Below, piece after piece: positions 19,518-29,226 of a DNA stretch of 64,000 nucleotides. The stretch spans positions 2,767 to 66,766 of the forward strand of contig JBGQLP010000009.1 in NCBI GenBank assembly GCA_041500125.1. Direction: 5' to 3'. Made by a program: the position numbers and the translations under genes. Source of the stretch: Gemmatimonadota bacterium (GTDB lineage: Bacteria > Gemmatimonadota > Gemmatimonadetes > Gemmatimonadales > GWC2-71-9). Under the pieces are notes generated by a model, which saw nothing but the letters and a program-made list of their open reading frames with translations, was not told the DNA's origin and searched no databases. Positions within the stretch are counted from its first letter, which is position 1, and every line of letters starts with the position of its first letter.

Positions 19518-21061
19518 CGCTCGTTGCAGCATCGGCACCCGCGACCGTTGCCGTCACTGCGCTCCCCCGGCACCGGGCCCGGCGCCTCAGCATCGACACC
19601 GGTCAGGAAGCGGTGGTGTATCTCCATCGAAACTCAGAGGTCTGTCGTGCCGAGGGCTTCCAGTCGGAGACTCGGGTCTGGGTCCGGGTCGCGGCGCAGG
19701 CCATCCTCGCCACCTTGAACGTGGTCACCGGGGATCTGTTAGCGATCGACGAGGCTGGACTATCGGAAGGAGCCTGGGCGCGCCTCCAGGCTGCCGAGGG
19801 CGAGGCGGTAGAGTTCGCCCACCCACTTCCACTGGAGTCTCTCGGCCACGTTCGGGCCAAGATCCACGGTCAGCGGTTAGACGCGGCGGCGCTAACGGCC
19901 GTGGTGAATGATATCGCCGCAGGCTACTACTCCGACCTCCATTTGGCGTCGTTCCTCACCGCCTGCGCCGGCGACCGCCTCGACCGGCAGGAGATGATCG
20001 ATCTTACCCGCGCCATGATTGCCACCGGGGAGCGGTTGAGCTGGGAGCGCCGTCCGGTCATGGACAAGCACAGTGTAGGAGGACTGCCGGGCAACCGGAC
20101 CACACTGCTGGTGGTACCGATCGTTACCTCGGCTGGTGTTACCATGCCCAAGACCTCTTCACGCGCAATCACCTCTCCCGCGGGCACCGCGGACACCATG
20201 GAGATGCTGGCGCCCGTGGATCTCGACATCGCGACCATGCGACGTGTCGTCGAACGGGAGGGGGGATGCATCGTTTGGGGTGGCAACGCCCACTTGAGCC
20301 CTGCGGATGACGTGCTCATCCGGGTGGAGCGCCCGCTCGACCTCGACAGCACGGGACAGCTGGTGGCATCGGTCCTGTCGAAGAAAGCGGCGGCGGGTGC
20401 CACCGACGTGCTGATCGATATCCCGGTCGGACCCACGGCCAAGGTGCGGAGCGTCGCGGCAGCAAAGCGCCTTTGCGGGGACTTCCGGGCTGTTGGTCAG
20501 GAGGTCGGCCTGCACGTACTCCCCGTGTTGACCGATGGGACGCAGCCGGTGGGTCGTGGTATCGGCCCGGCGCTGGAGGCGCAAGACGTGCTCGCGGTCC
20601 TGCAAGGGGATCCGGATGCGCCGTCCGACCTTCGCGAAAGGAGCCTGCTGTTGGCCGGACACATTCTCGAGCTGGCCGCGGTCGTTCCCACCGGTGGGGG
20701 ACAGGCGCTGGCGCGCGAGATTCTCCAGGATGGCCGGGCATGGACCAAGTTTCAGGCGATCTGCCGGGCGCAGGGAGGCATGCGCGAGCCGCTGACGGCG
20801 CCATTTGCACGACCCTTTAACGCTGCCTGCGGGGGACGGGTTGCCCGCATTGACAACCGGCGTCTCGCCCGGGTGGCCAAGCTGGCAGGCGCACCTAGGG
20901 ATTCCAGCGCCGGGCTGGTTCTCCACGCGCGAGTCGGCGCGCGAGTAGAGGTCGGGCAACCGCTCTTTACCGTGCATGCCGAGTCCGAGGGAGAACTCGA
21001 CTATGCGCTCGCCCACGCGAGAGAAGCAGGCGAGATCATAGTCATCAAGGAGAACGTATGA
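19514..21061 (+). CDS. Thymidine-phosphorylase family, long AMP-phosphorylase-like type
   Basis: Extra N-terminal domain; DKHSVGGLPGNRTT, KTSSRAITSPAGTADTME, SVLSKK. Confidence 0.9.
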   Translation: MTLVAASAPATVAVTALPRHRARRLSIDTGQEAVVYLHRNSEVCRAEGFQSETRVWVRVAAQAILATLNVVTGDLLAIDEAGLSEGAWARLQAAEGEAVEFAHPLPLESLGHVRAKIHGQRLDAAALTAVVNDIAAGYYSDLHLASFLTACAGDRLDRQEMIDLTRAMIATGERLSWERRPVMDKHSVGGLPGNRTTLLVVPIVTSAGVTMPKTSSRAITSPAGTADTMEMLAPVDLDIATMRRVVEREGGCIVWGGNAHLSPADDVLIRVERPLDLDSTGQLVASVLSKKAAAGATDVLIDIPVGPTAKVRSVAAAKRLCGDFRAVGQEVGLHVLPVLTDGTQPVGRGIGPALEAQDVLAVLQGDPDAPSDLRERSLLLAGHILELAAVVPTGGGQALAREILQDGRAWTKFQAICRAQGGMREPLTAPFARPFNAACGGRVARIDNRRLARVAKLAGAPRDSSAGLVLHARVGARVEVGQPLFTVHAESEGELDYALAHAREAGEIIVIKENV

Positions 21062-21984
21062 GCGCTGTCGTCCTCGTCCTTCCCGAGAATGAGCGGATCG
21101 CCAACCGCATCGGAGCCTACCTCGATCTCGATGTCAGCTCCGTCGTCGTTCACCGATTTCCCGATGGCGAGGCACGGGTGCGGGTGAATCGCAGCGTCGC
21201 CGGGAAAGCGGTAATCCTGGTCGCGACCCTCGACCGAGCGGACCAGAAGGTCCTGCCGCTGCTCTTTACCGCTGCTGCCGCCCGGGACCTCGGTGCCTCG
21301 TCAGTCGGACTGGTAGCCCCATACCTGGCCTATATGCGCCAGGACCGCCGATTCGAGCCCGGCGAAGGGGTGAGCGCACGGCATTTTGCGCAACTCCTTT
21401 CCGGAGCATTGGACTGGCTGGTGACGGTGGATCCTCACCTCCATCGAACGGCCAGCCTGGAGGAGCTCTATTCGATACCGGCACGCGCCGCCGGTACGGC
21501 GCCACTCCTGGCGGATTGGATTGCAGCGCACGTGGAGCGGCCGATTGTCATCGGCCCTGATGGGGAGAGCATCCAATGGGTCCGGAGCGTGGCGGCCCGG
21601 ATCAAAGCACCCCACGCTGTGCTGAACAAGCGGCGGTCGGGGGATGCCAGCGTGACCATCAAGCTTCCCGATCTCAGCGCGGCTGTCGGGCACCACCCGG
21701 TTCTGGTGGATGACATCATCGCCAGCGGGGCCACCATGGTCGAGGCCACCCAGCTCCTCCGGCGCGCAGGTTGGCCGCCGCCGATCTGTCTGGGGGTGCA
21801 TGCGGTCTTCGCGGGCAATGCGTACGCATCGTTGCAAGAGGCGGGCGCCGCCCAGATCGTGACTTGTAACACCATCGCTCATCCCTCAAACCAGATCGAT
21901 GTCTCCGGGCTGGTTGCCGCCGCCGTTGCGCAGTCCCTCGAAATCGATCCAGTCACGGCGGGCCATCACGAGGTGGTCGGATGA
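21058..21984 (+). CDS. prs: Ribose-phosphate diphosphokinase (divergent)
   Basis: RFPDGE, PYLAYMRQD, GPD, LVDDIIASGATM. Confidence 0.88.
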   Translation: MSAVVLVLPENERIANRIGAYLDLDVSSVVVHRFPDGEARVRVNRSVAGKAVILVATLDRADQKVLPLLFTAAAARDLGASSVGLVAPYLAYMRQDRRFEPGEGVSARHFAQLLSGALDWLVTVDPHLHRTASLEELYSIPARAAGTAPLLADWIAAHVERPIVIGPDGESIQWVRSVAARIKAPHAVLNKRRSGDASVTIKLPDLSAAVGHHPVLVDDIIASGATMVEATQLLRRAGWPPPICLGVHAVFAGNAYASLQEAGAAQIVTCNTIAHPSNQIDVSGLVAAAVAQSLEIDPVTAGHHEVVG

Positions 21985-22490
21985 GCCTCGAGCGGGTGCT
22001 GATGCAATGCCTGGCGGTGAATGGGCTCGCCGCCTGCAACCCCTTGACCCAGCCGGCCCCGGTACGGATGGAGGGCGAGGCGGCCGATATCCGCCGGCTC
22101 GCCGGCACCTGGCGGGGGGAGTTTCACAACGCCCAGACCGGGAGAGTGGGGGCGATCTTCTTCGACCTGCGGGCCGACAGTGACACGGCCTACGGCAACG
22201 TCACTTTTGACCGGGTGGTACCGGTCGCGGCATGTACCGATATGGCTCGGCCCCAGGCGACCTCGAGCATCGTGATGCCCGTCGTGCTCCGGTTCGGAGC
22301 ACTGGCGACGTCCAGGGGCAGCCTGGGTGGGTGGCTGAGGCCCTATCGCGATCCGGACCTGGCATGCTGGATGGATACCTGGTTCGAGGGACGGCTGGTT
22401 CGAGACACCCTGGAAGGCAGCTTTTTCTCCCGCCGAACCGACACAGATACCGTGCGCACCGGCACCTGGTGGGCGGCAAGAACGAAATAA
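21981..22490 (+). CDS. Hypothetical lipoprotein
   Basis: LAAC lipobox; ATGA coupling with upstream gene. Confidence 0.65.
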   Translation: MSLERVLMQCLAVNGLAACNPLTQPAPVRMEGEAADIRRLAGTWRGEFHNAQTGRVGAIFFDLRADSDTAYGNVTFDRVVPVAACTDMARPQATSSIVMPVVLRFGALATSRGSLGGWLRPYRDPDLACWMDTWFEGRLVRDTLEGSFFSRRTDTDTVRTGTWWAARTK

Positions 22491-22526
22491 ACTGAGCGGG
22501 GTGACACTCGCGGGCAGGAGGATTGG

Positions 22527-24143
22527 ATGACACATAAACAGGTAGTCTTCGGTTCGGCTGCCCGGGAAAAAGTTCTCCGGGGGGCGACGGCGCTCGCGGA
22601 CGCGCTCCGGGTGACGCTGGGGCCCAAATCCAAGTGCGTGCTCATCGAGCAGAAGTGGGGCCGGCCTCTGGTCTGCAATGACGGAGTGACCATCGCCAAG
22701 CAGTTCGACCTGAAGAGCCCGGAGGAGAATCTTGGGGCTCAGACCTTACGCGAAGCCGCGGAACGCACCGGCGACGCGGTGGGCGATGGAACTACGACGT
22801 CGACCCTGCTCGCCCATGCCATCTTCGCCGACGGAGTGCGTAACATCGCGGCCGGGGCCAGCGCGATCGAGTTGAAGCGCGGCCTCGAGCGCGGACTGCG
22901 GGTGGCGGTAACGGCAATTCGAGCACTTTCCCGCCCGGTCCAGACGTCCCGGGAGCGAACCCAGGTCGCGACCATCTCGGCCCACAATGAACCGGAGATC
23001 GGCCGCCAAGTGGCCGACGCCCTGGACAAGGTGGGACCAGAGGGAGCGATCACGGTGGAAGAGGCCAAAGGTACCGAGACCTCGGTCGAAGTGGTCGAGG
23101 GAATGCAGTTCGACCGGGGGTATCTCTCGCCCTACTTCGTGACCGAGCCGGACAAGATGGAAGCGGTGTTGGAGAACGCCTACATCCTGCTGCACGAGAA
23201 GCGGATTGCCGCCATGAAGGACCTGCTTCCCATTCTGGAACAGGTCGCCAAGTCGGGTCAGCCGCTCCTGGTCGTCGCGGAGGAGGTGGAGGGTGAGGCC
23301 CTCGCCACCCTGGTGGTGAACAAGATCCGCGGCATCCTCGGCTGCGTGGCAGTGAAGGCCCCCGGATTCGGCGACCGGCGGAAGGCGATGCTCGATGACA
23401 TGGCGATTCTCACCAACACGAAGGTTGTCACCGAAGAGTTAGGCATCAAGCTCGAGGGGCTGACTCTGGCTGACCTGGGGCAGGCGAAGCGGGTCATGGT
23501 GCGCCGGGAGGATACAACGATCATCGGCGGAGCCGGCTCGAGAGCGACGATCGAAGGGCGCTGCCGGGAGCTCCGCAAGCAGATCGCCGACGCGACCTCC
23601 GACTATGACAAGGAAAAGCTGGAGGAACGCCTCGCCCGGCTTTCCGGCGGGGTGGGAGTCGTCCGGGTCGGCGCGGCCTCGGAGACTGAAATGAAGAGTC
23701 GCAAAGAGGCGTTCGAAGATGCGATCAGTGCGACCAAGGCAGCCATGGCGGAGGGGATCGTTCCGGGAGGCGGTCTGGCCCTGTTGCGCGCCATCAGCGC
23801 CGTCGCCGAGGAGGAGGCCAAGACCGAAGGGGACGAACGCACCGGCATTCGCATTCTCAAGCGTGCCCTGGAAGCGCCGACCCGGCAGATTGCCGAGAAC
23901 TCCGCAGTGGACGGGGGCGTGGTAGTGGACCGGATGCGTGCGGGGACCGGGAACTACGGCTTCGATGCCGCCACCGGTGTCTATGGAGATCTGGTTGAGG
24001 CTGGGATCATCGATCCGACCAAGGTGGTCCGGCTCGCTCTGGAAAACGCGGTATCGGTGGCCGGCGTTCTCCTGCTCTCGGAGGCGACACTCACCGAGCT
24101 GCCGGAAGCGAAGCCGGAACGGATGCCCACTGAGGAGTTCTGA
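22527..24143 (+). CDS. groL: Chaperonin GroEL paralogue (no adjacent groES, no GGM tail)
   Basis: [42 protein letters not shown]. Confidence 0.96.
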   Translation: MTHKQVVFGSAAREKVLRGATALADALRVTLGPKSKCVLIEQKWGRPLVCNDGVTIAKQFDLKSPEENLGAQTLREAAERTGDAVGDGTTTSTLLAHAIFADGVRNIAAGASAIELKRGLERGLRVAVTAIRALSRPVQTSRERTQVATISAHNEPEIGRQVADALDKVGPEGAITVEEAKGTETSVEVVEGMQFDRGYLSPYFVTEPDKMEAVLENAYILLHEKRIAAMKDLLPILEQVAKSGQPLLVVAEEVEGEALATLVVNKIRGILGCVAVKAPGFGDRRKAMLDDMAILTNTKVVTEELGIKLEGLTLADLGQAKRVMVRREDTTIIGGAGSRATIEGRCRELRKQIADATSDYDKEKLEERLARLSGGVGVVRVGAASETEMKSRKEAFEDAISATKAAMAEGIVPGGGLALLRAISAVAEEEAKTEGDERTGIRILKRALEAPTRQIAENSAVDGGVVVDRMRAGTGNYGFDAATGVYGDLVEAGIIDPTKVVRLALENAVSVAGVLLLSEATLTELPEAKPERMPTEEF

Positions 24144-24153
24144 AAGGATACCC

Positions 24154-24741
24154 ATGGCACAGGTCCTGATCATCTATGGCACGGCCTACGGTCAGACCGA
24201 ACGCATAGCGCGGCGAATCGCGGGTCAACTGGAGAGTCACGGTCACACCGTCAGCATCTGGAAGGGCGATGCCTTGCCGGCGGACCTATCGCTGGCGCAG
24301 AACGAGGCGTTTGTCGTCGCCGCCTCCGTGATACGTGGTAAGTATCAGCGGTACATCGACGGCTTCATTCGCTGCCATGTATCCCAGCTCAACAGCAGCT
24401 CCTCAGCATTCGTGGCGGTGTCTGGCACAGCGGTGGCGGCGCCGGATGAGGCTCGGGAGCATGCAGCGGCGTTTCTGCGTCGGGTGGGCTGGCGCCCGGA
24501 CTTTATCGAGGTCTTCGGTGGTGCTATGGCCTACACTCGGTACGGATTTGTCCTCCGTTGGATCACGAAACTCATCAGCTGGAGACGGGGGGGTCCGACC
24601 GACACGAGCCGCGATCACGACATGACCGACTGGGGGGCGGTGGACCGATTTGCAAGCCGGCTGGCGGAGACTTTACCGCCTCTCCCCGAACGACACGAGG
24701 GTGCGAGTGTGCCGCTGCAGCGCGGCTCCCCGGCTGTGTAA
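24154..24741 (+). CDS. hemG: HemG-type flavodoxin (menaquinone-dependent protoporphyrinogen oxidase-like)
   Basis: YGTAYGQTERIA, GGAMAYTRYG, TDTSRDHDMTDWGAVDRFA; ATG 24154. Confidence 0.8.
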   Translation: MAQVLIIYGTAYGQTERIARRIAGQLESHGHTVSIWKGDALPADLSLAQNEAFVVAASVIRGKYQRYIDGFIRCHVSQLNSSSSAFVAVSGTAVAAPDEAREHAAAFLRRVGWRPDFIEVFGGAMAYTRYGFVLRWITKLISWRRGGPTDTSRDHDMTDWGAVDRFASRLAETLPPLPERHEGASVPLQRGSPAV

Positions 24742-25034
24742 AACGCCCCGAGCTTCTCATCGCCGGAGCGGTCGAGGGGAAGACATCGCACCAGTTCTGA
24801 ACCCGAGTGAGCGCTTGCGTCGGGCAGGAAATCTTCTGGCGCTGCTGAGGACGTAACACCGCTTTCGCCACGGCTATGGCGTCCAGATGGCCACCTACAC
24901 CACCCCTTGCCTGGCCGCCGCGCTCGGGAGCAAGGCAAGGGAGATAGCGAGGTAGCACCAAGCTACCCTCGCCAACGCGCCTACGCTCATCTTCACCCTG
25001 GTCCTTTCTCGTTGGCAGACTGGTGCGTCCGGCT

Positions 25035-25448
25035 TCATGGCCCTCCCACCCACGCCAGGACCCGCTGCAGCCGGCCACGGACTTCCTCCGCTATCGGTTG
25101 AACGTCCGGGTTACCGCTCAGGCTCAGTGCCTCGACCGGGTCGAGCGCGGCCACCACCGTGTGGACTGGATCGTCCGTCGCGTAGACCACGACGTTGCAG
25201 GGCAGCAGCAGCCCGATGTCCAGCTCGGCCTGGAGCGCGCGGTGCGCCAGGGACGGGTTGCAGGCGCCGAGGATGATGTAGGGCCGGAAATCGATCCCCA
25301 GTTTCTTCTGCAACGTGCCGGTCACGTCGATTTCCGTGAGGATGCCGAACCCTTCGCTGGCCAGGGCCTCGCGGGTCCGCGCCAGGGCCTGGTCGAAGGC
25401 AAGCGGGACGGTAGCACTCATGCCGTATCGGGTGGTGTGCTGAAGCAT
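25035..25448 (-). CDS. DUF302 protein
   Basis: GFGILTEIDV, ILGACNP, IGLLLPCNVVV. Confidence 0.9.
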   Translation of the reverse strand: MLQHTTRYGMSATVPLAFDQALARTREALASEGFGILTEIDVTGTLQKKLGIDFRPYIILGACNPSLAHRALQAELDIGLLLPCNVVVYATDDPVHTVVAALDPVEALSLSGNPDVQPIAEEVRGRLQRVLAWVGGP

Positions 25449-25476
25449 TGGTCTCTCACTTGGAGAAGTCGGGCTG

Positions 25477-25521
25477 AAGTTACTCGGCGGGGGCGTATCC
25501 CAGGGTGAAGCCAGTATGAAG
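25477..25521 (-). promoter_or_regulatory. CTTCA-box array for DUF302
   Basis: TGAAG at 25506/25517; TAACTT (minus) at 25482-25477. Confidence 0.65.
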
Positions 25522-25538
25522 ATTTCTTCGGATGAAGG

Positions 25539-25583
25539 TTTCACGGCAGGTTCAGCGATCCTTCATCTGCGCCGGATTACCAT
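25539..25583 (+). promoter_or_regulatory. CTTCA-box array for the PRTase-hydrolase-EreA-USP operon
   Basis: TTTCA/GTTCA/CTTCA at 25539/25550/25561; TACCAT at 25578. Confidence 0.75.
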
Positions 25584-25612
25584 GGGAGCAAACCTCTTGG
25601 AGGAGTGCTCCC

Positions 25613-26257
25613 ATGATTTTTCGAGACCGGTACGATGCGGGCCGCCGTCTGGCAGCAGCGCTGGAGCAGTATCGGGGCGATCACCCGGTGATCCTGGGAC
25701 TCCCCCGCGGTGGCGTCGTGGTAGGCTATGAGATCGCGAGAGCCCTCGCCGCTCCACTCGATGTTCTCATTGTCCGCAAGCTGGGTGCGCCCGGGGCGGA
25801 GGAATTCGCCATCGGCGCGGTGGCGCCCGGAGCGACGCTGCTCAACCGCCACCTGGTCGCGGCGCTCGGCGTTCCCAACGAGTATCTCGAACGCGTCATT
25901 GCCCGTGAAGCCGATGAGATGGTGCGGCGGGAACGGGTGTACCGCGGCAACCGCCCAGCCATCCCCGTCGAAGGCCGCACCGTCATTCTGGTGGACGACG
26001 GCCTGGCCACCGGTGCAACCGCCCACGCGGCGGTCGAGTCCCTCAGCCGGCGCCACCCCAAGAAGATCATCTTTGCCGCCCCGGTGTGCTCAGTGGATGG
26101 GGCCAAGGCACTCGAGTCGGTGGCTGATACCGTCGTGTGTCTGGAGTGTCCCCTGGATTTTGGCGCGGTAGGCTTCTGGTATCAGGAATTCGCGCCCACC
26201 ACCGACGCCGAGGTGATCGCGTGCCTGCGTGAGGTGGATACCGGGAGGGTCGCATGA
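25613..26257 (+). CDS. Phosphoribosyltransferase (Rv0571c/Rv2030c N-domain-like)
   Basis: FRDRYDAG, GLPRGGV, VRKLGAP, ILVDDGLATGAT. Confidence 0.9.
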   Translation: MIFRDRYDAGRRLAAALEQYRGDHPVILGLPRGGVVVGYEIARALAAPLDVLIVRKLGAPGAEEFAIGAVAPGATLLNRHLVAALGVPNEYLERVIAREADEMVRRERVYRGNRPAIPVEGRTVILVDDGLATGATAHAAVESLSRRHPKKIIFAAPVCSVDGAKALESVADTVVCLECPLDFGAVGFWYQEFAPTTDAEVIACLREVDTGRVA

Positions 26258-26931
26258 CGTCGGTTACCAGTGCCGCGGGCCAGCGCGAGGTATTGATCCC
26301 CGCCGGCGCGGCTCGCCTGCCGGGGACGCTGGCATGGCCGCTTGATCCAGTGGGGGCCGTACTCTTCGTGCATGGCAGCGGCAGTGGACGGCTGAGCCCA
26401 CGTAATGCCGCCGTAGCTCAGCAACTTCGTGGTGCAGGCGTAACCACATTGCTATTTGATCTGCTCACCGAACCCGAGGGCCGGGACCGCAGCAATGTCT
26501 TTGACATCGAATTCCTGGCTGGCCGCCTTCTCGAGGTCACCGAATGGCTTGCCCGCCAGCCGGAGGTGGCCGGGCTCGGATTCGGCTATTTCGGGGCGAG
26601 CACCGGAGCCGCCGCCGCCCTGAAGGCGGCCGCGTCGCGCACCGACATTGGTGCGGTGGTGTCTCGCGGCGGAAGGCCGGATTTGGCCGGCAGCGCGTTG
26701 CGGCGCGTCCTCGCTCCCACGCTGCTCCTGGTAGGAAGCCGCGACCCGATCGTGCTCCAGCTGAACCAAGCGGCATTGGCCCAACTGACCTGCCTCAAGC
26801 AACTGGTGGTGATCCCTGGGGCGAGCCACCTCTTCGAGGAGCCGGGCACCCTCATGGAAGCCGCGGGGTACGCTGCCCGGTGGTTCGTTCATTACCTGGC
26901 CAAGCAGCCCAGCAAGGCGGGTCATTCATGA
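26254..26931 (+). CDS. Dienelactone-hydrolase family alpha/beta hydrolase
   Basis: HGSGSGRLSPRN, GYFGASTG, SRGGRPDLA, GASHLFEE. Confidence 0.9.
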   Translation: MTSVTSAAGQREVLIPAGAARLPGTLAWPLDPVGAVLFVHGSGSGRLSPRNAAVAQQLRGAGVTTLLFDLLTEPEGRDRSNVFDIEFLAGRLLEVTEWLARQPEVAGLGFGYFGASTGAAAALKAAASRTDIGAVVSRGGRPDLAGSALRRVLAPTLLLVGSRDPIVLQLNQAALAQLTCLKQLVVIPGASHLFEEPGTLMEAAGYAARWFVHYLAKQPSKAGHS

Positions 26932-28259
26932 GCGGGCCGATCCCGCATGTCTCCAGCCAGCAGGCCTCGCTGGCCCGGCTGCTCACCGACTCGGTGGAGA
27001 CCTTTGCCGATATCGAGGGGGCGGAGCTGGGCGGTCTCCTGGAGCGAATCGGCGACGCCAAGGTCGTCCTGCTCGGCGAGGCGACCCACGGGACGTCGGA
27101 GTTCTATCAGATGCGGGCGCGGGTCACCCGCGAGCTGGTTACGCGGCTGGGCTTCACGCTGGTGGCCGTCGAGGCCGATTGGCCGGACGCCTGCTGGATC
27201 GATCGCTACGTCCGGCACGCCGAGCGGCCACCGGCCTCTGGAGAGCCGTTCCGCCGCTTTCCCACCTGGATGTGGCGGAACCGGGAAGTCGCCGAATTCG
27301 TCGAGTGGCTGCGGGTGCACAATGCCGCCGTCCCCGATCCCGCCGGCCAGACTGCTTTCTATGGGCTGGACCTCTACAGCATGTACGGCTCCATCGCAGC
27401 AGTCCTGGACTACCTGGATCGGGTGGACCCTTCCGCCGCGCAGATCGCGCGCGAGCGTTACGCCTGCCTCACGCCCTGGTCCGGCGACCCCGCGGCCTAC
27501 GGGCGCGCCGCGCTGACCGAACGCCAGCGGAGTTGCGAGGGTCCGGTGATCGCCATCTTGATGGACTTGCTGGACCAGCGCCTCGAGTATGCCCGTCGGG
27601 ACGGCGAGCGTTTCTTCGACGCGGTGCAGAACGCCAGGCTGGTGGCGAACGCCGAGCGTTACTATCGGGTGATGTACTACGGCTCGGTGGCGTCCTGGAA
27701 CCTCCGAGATCAGCACATGTTCGATACCCTGGCGATGTTGCTCGATGTCCGGCCAGGTGCGAAAGCCGTGGTGTGGGCGCACAACTCGCACATCGGAGAC
27801 GCCGCTGCGACGGAGATGGGTGTTCGGGGCGAGCACAACGTCGGACGGCTCTGCCGCCAGGCGTTCGGCGAGACGGCGTATCTCGTCGGGTTCGGCACCG
27901 ACCACGGCACCGTCGCGGCCGCCACCAATTGGGACGAGCCCATGGAGGTCATGCGAGTGCGTCCCGCCCATCCCGAGAGCTACGAGCGAATCTGTCACCA
28001 GAGTGAGGTGCCCGCGTTCCTGCTGCCGCTGCGTGAGCCAGCGAGGCCCGAGATCCGAGAAGAGCTGATCCCGGCCCGTCTGGAGCGGGCCATCGGCGTG
28101 ATCTACCGTCCCGAGACCGAACTGCAGAGTCATTACTTCCAGGCATCGCTGCCGCACCAGTTCGACGAATACGTCTGGTTCGACCGGACCAATGCCGTCA
28201 CCCCGCTGCGCGCGCGGCCGAGTGGCGGGGTTCCGGACACCTACCCGTTCGGGCTGTGA
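26928..28259 (+). CDS. Erythromycin-esterase (EreA)-like protein
   Basis: LLGEATHGTSEFY, VEADWPD, WNLRDQHM, VWAHNSH, ERAIGVIY; ATG 26928. Confidence 0.9.
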   Translation: MSGPIPHVSSQQASLARLLTDSVETFADIEGAELGGLLERIGDAKVVLLGEATHGTSEFYQMRARVTRELVTRLGFTLVAVEADWPDACWIDRYVRHAERPPASGEPFRRFPTWMWRNREVAEFVEWLRVHNAAVPDPAGQTAFYGLDLYSMYGSIAAVLDYLDRVDPSAAQIARERYACLTPWSGDPAAYGRAALTERQRSCEGPVIAILMDLLDQRLEYARRDGERFFDAVQNARLVANAERYYRVMYYGSVASWNLRDQHMFDTLAMLLDVRPGAKAVVWAHNSHIGDAAATEMGVRGEHNVGRLCRQAFGETAYLVGFGTDHGTVAAATNWDEPMEVMRVRPAHPESYERICHQSEVPAFLLPLREPARPEIREELIPARLERAIGVIYRPETELQSHYFQASLPHQFDEYVWFDRTNAVTPLRARPSGGVPDTYPFGL

Positions 28260-29218
28260 CCCACCCGGCACCCGAGCACCTGGGAGACGCGATGTTCCAC
28301 TCCATTCTTGTTCCCCTTGACGGGACCACGTTCGCGGAACAGGCGGTGCCCCTGGCGGCGGCCATCGCCGAGCGGACCAAGGCCGTGCTCAGTCTGGTCA
28401 TCGTGCATCCGTGTGGCCCTGAGGAGGATGCTCCTCGGCCGGGAACCGCAGCCGACCACGACTTCCGCGAAAGCGAAGGCATCTATCTGAATCGCTTCAT
28501 GCAATTTGTGGCCTCGACCTACCGCGTCCCGGTCTGTGAAGCCGTGCTGGATGGAGCCGCGACGGGACGCACTCTGGTCGAGTACGCCCGGCAGCGCGAC
28601 ATCGACCTGGTGGTGGCCAGCACGCACGAGCACGGAATTGTGGGACACTTCTTGTCGTCAGGCGTCGCACGTCGATTGGTTCGCCTCCTTGGCGCGAGCG
28701 TGCTGCTGGTTAAGCCCCAGGTCCGGGGCGTTCCTCTGAGCCTCGACGGCGGATTCGACCGGATCCTGGTCGCCCTCGACGGCTCGGCGCAGGCAGAGGC
28801 TGCGCTCCAGCCGGCGATGGCGCTGCGCTCAGCTCAGGCGGCCGGGCTTACGCTCATAGGAGTCATCTCTGGGAAGGGACCGGCCCTGGCTCAACGTCGA
28901 GCCCAAGCGGAGACCTACTTCGAAGGACTCGAGTCCCAGTTGCAGGATCGTGGATGTCCCGCCGAGGCCGTAGTGTTGTTCGCCAACAACCCAGCCACCG
29001 GGATCGCAAGATACGCAAAAGAGGAGGGGTTCGAGCTCATCGCGCTCACGACCCGGCCGCGCGGTTCCGCTGCCCGAACCCTGTTTGGCAGCACTGCCGA
29101 TGCCATAATCCGGAAGGCGACCGTGCCAGTGCTGGTTTGCCACGCAGGCCGTACCGAGCCACAACAGGCTCACCCGGCATCACCCGACGTCGCCGCCGCC
29201 CTGTTGCCCAACAGTTAG
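28256..29218 (+). CDS. Tandem universal stress protein (USP)
   Basis: ILVPLDG-type motif twice; FGSTADAIIRKATVPVLV. Confidence 0.9.
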   Translation: MTHPAPEHLGDAMFHSILVPLDGTTFAEQAVPLAAAIAERTKAVLSLVIVHPCGPEEDAPRPGTAADHDFRESEGIYLNRFMQFVASTYRVPVCEAVLDGAATGRTLVEYARQRDIDLVVASTHEHGIVGHFLSSGVARRLVRLLGASVLLVKPQVRGVPLSLDGGFDRILVALDGSAQAEAALQPAMALRSAQAAGLTLIGVISGKGPALAQRRAQAETYFEGLESQLQDRGCPAEAVVLFANNPATGIARYAKEEGFELIALTTRPRGSAARTLFGSTADAIIRKATVPVLVCHAGRTEPQQAHPASPDVAAALLPNS

Positions 29219-29226
29219 CGTCGAAC

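Noticed and set aside
24742-25034. ncRNA or ORF between hemG and DUF302
   Set aside because: Only a terminator-like hairpin near 24947-24972; no promoter boxes or recognisable protein
26928-28259. Macrolide resistance gene
   Set aside because: EreA-like fold of the Rv2030c type in a stress operon; resistance is not supported by sequence alone
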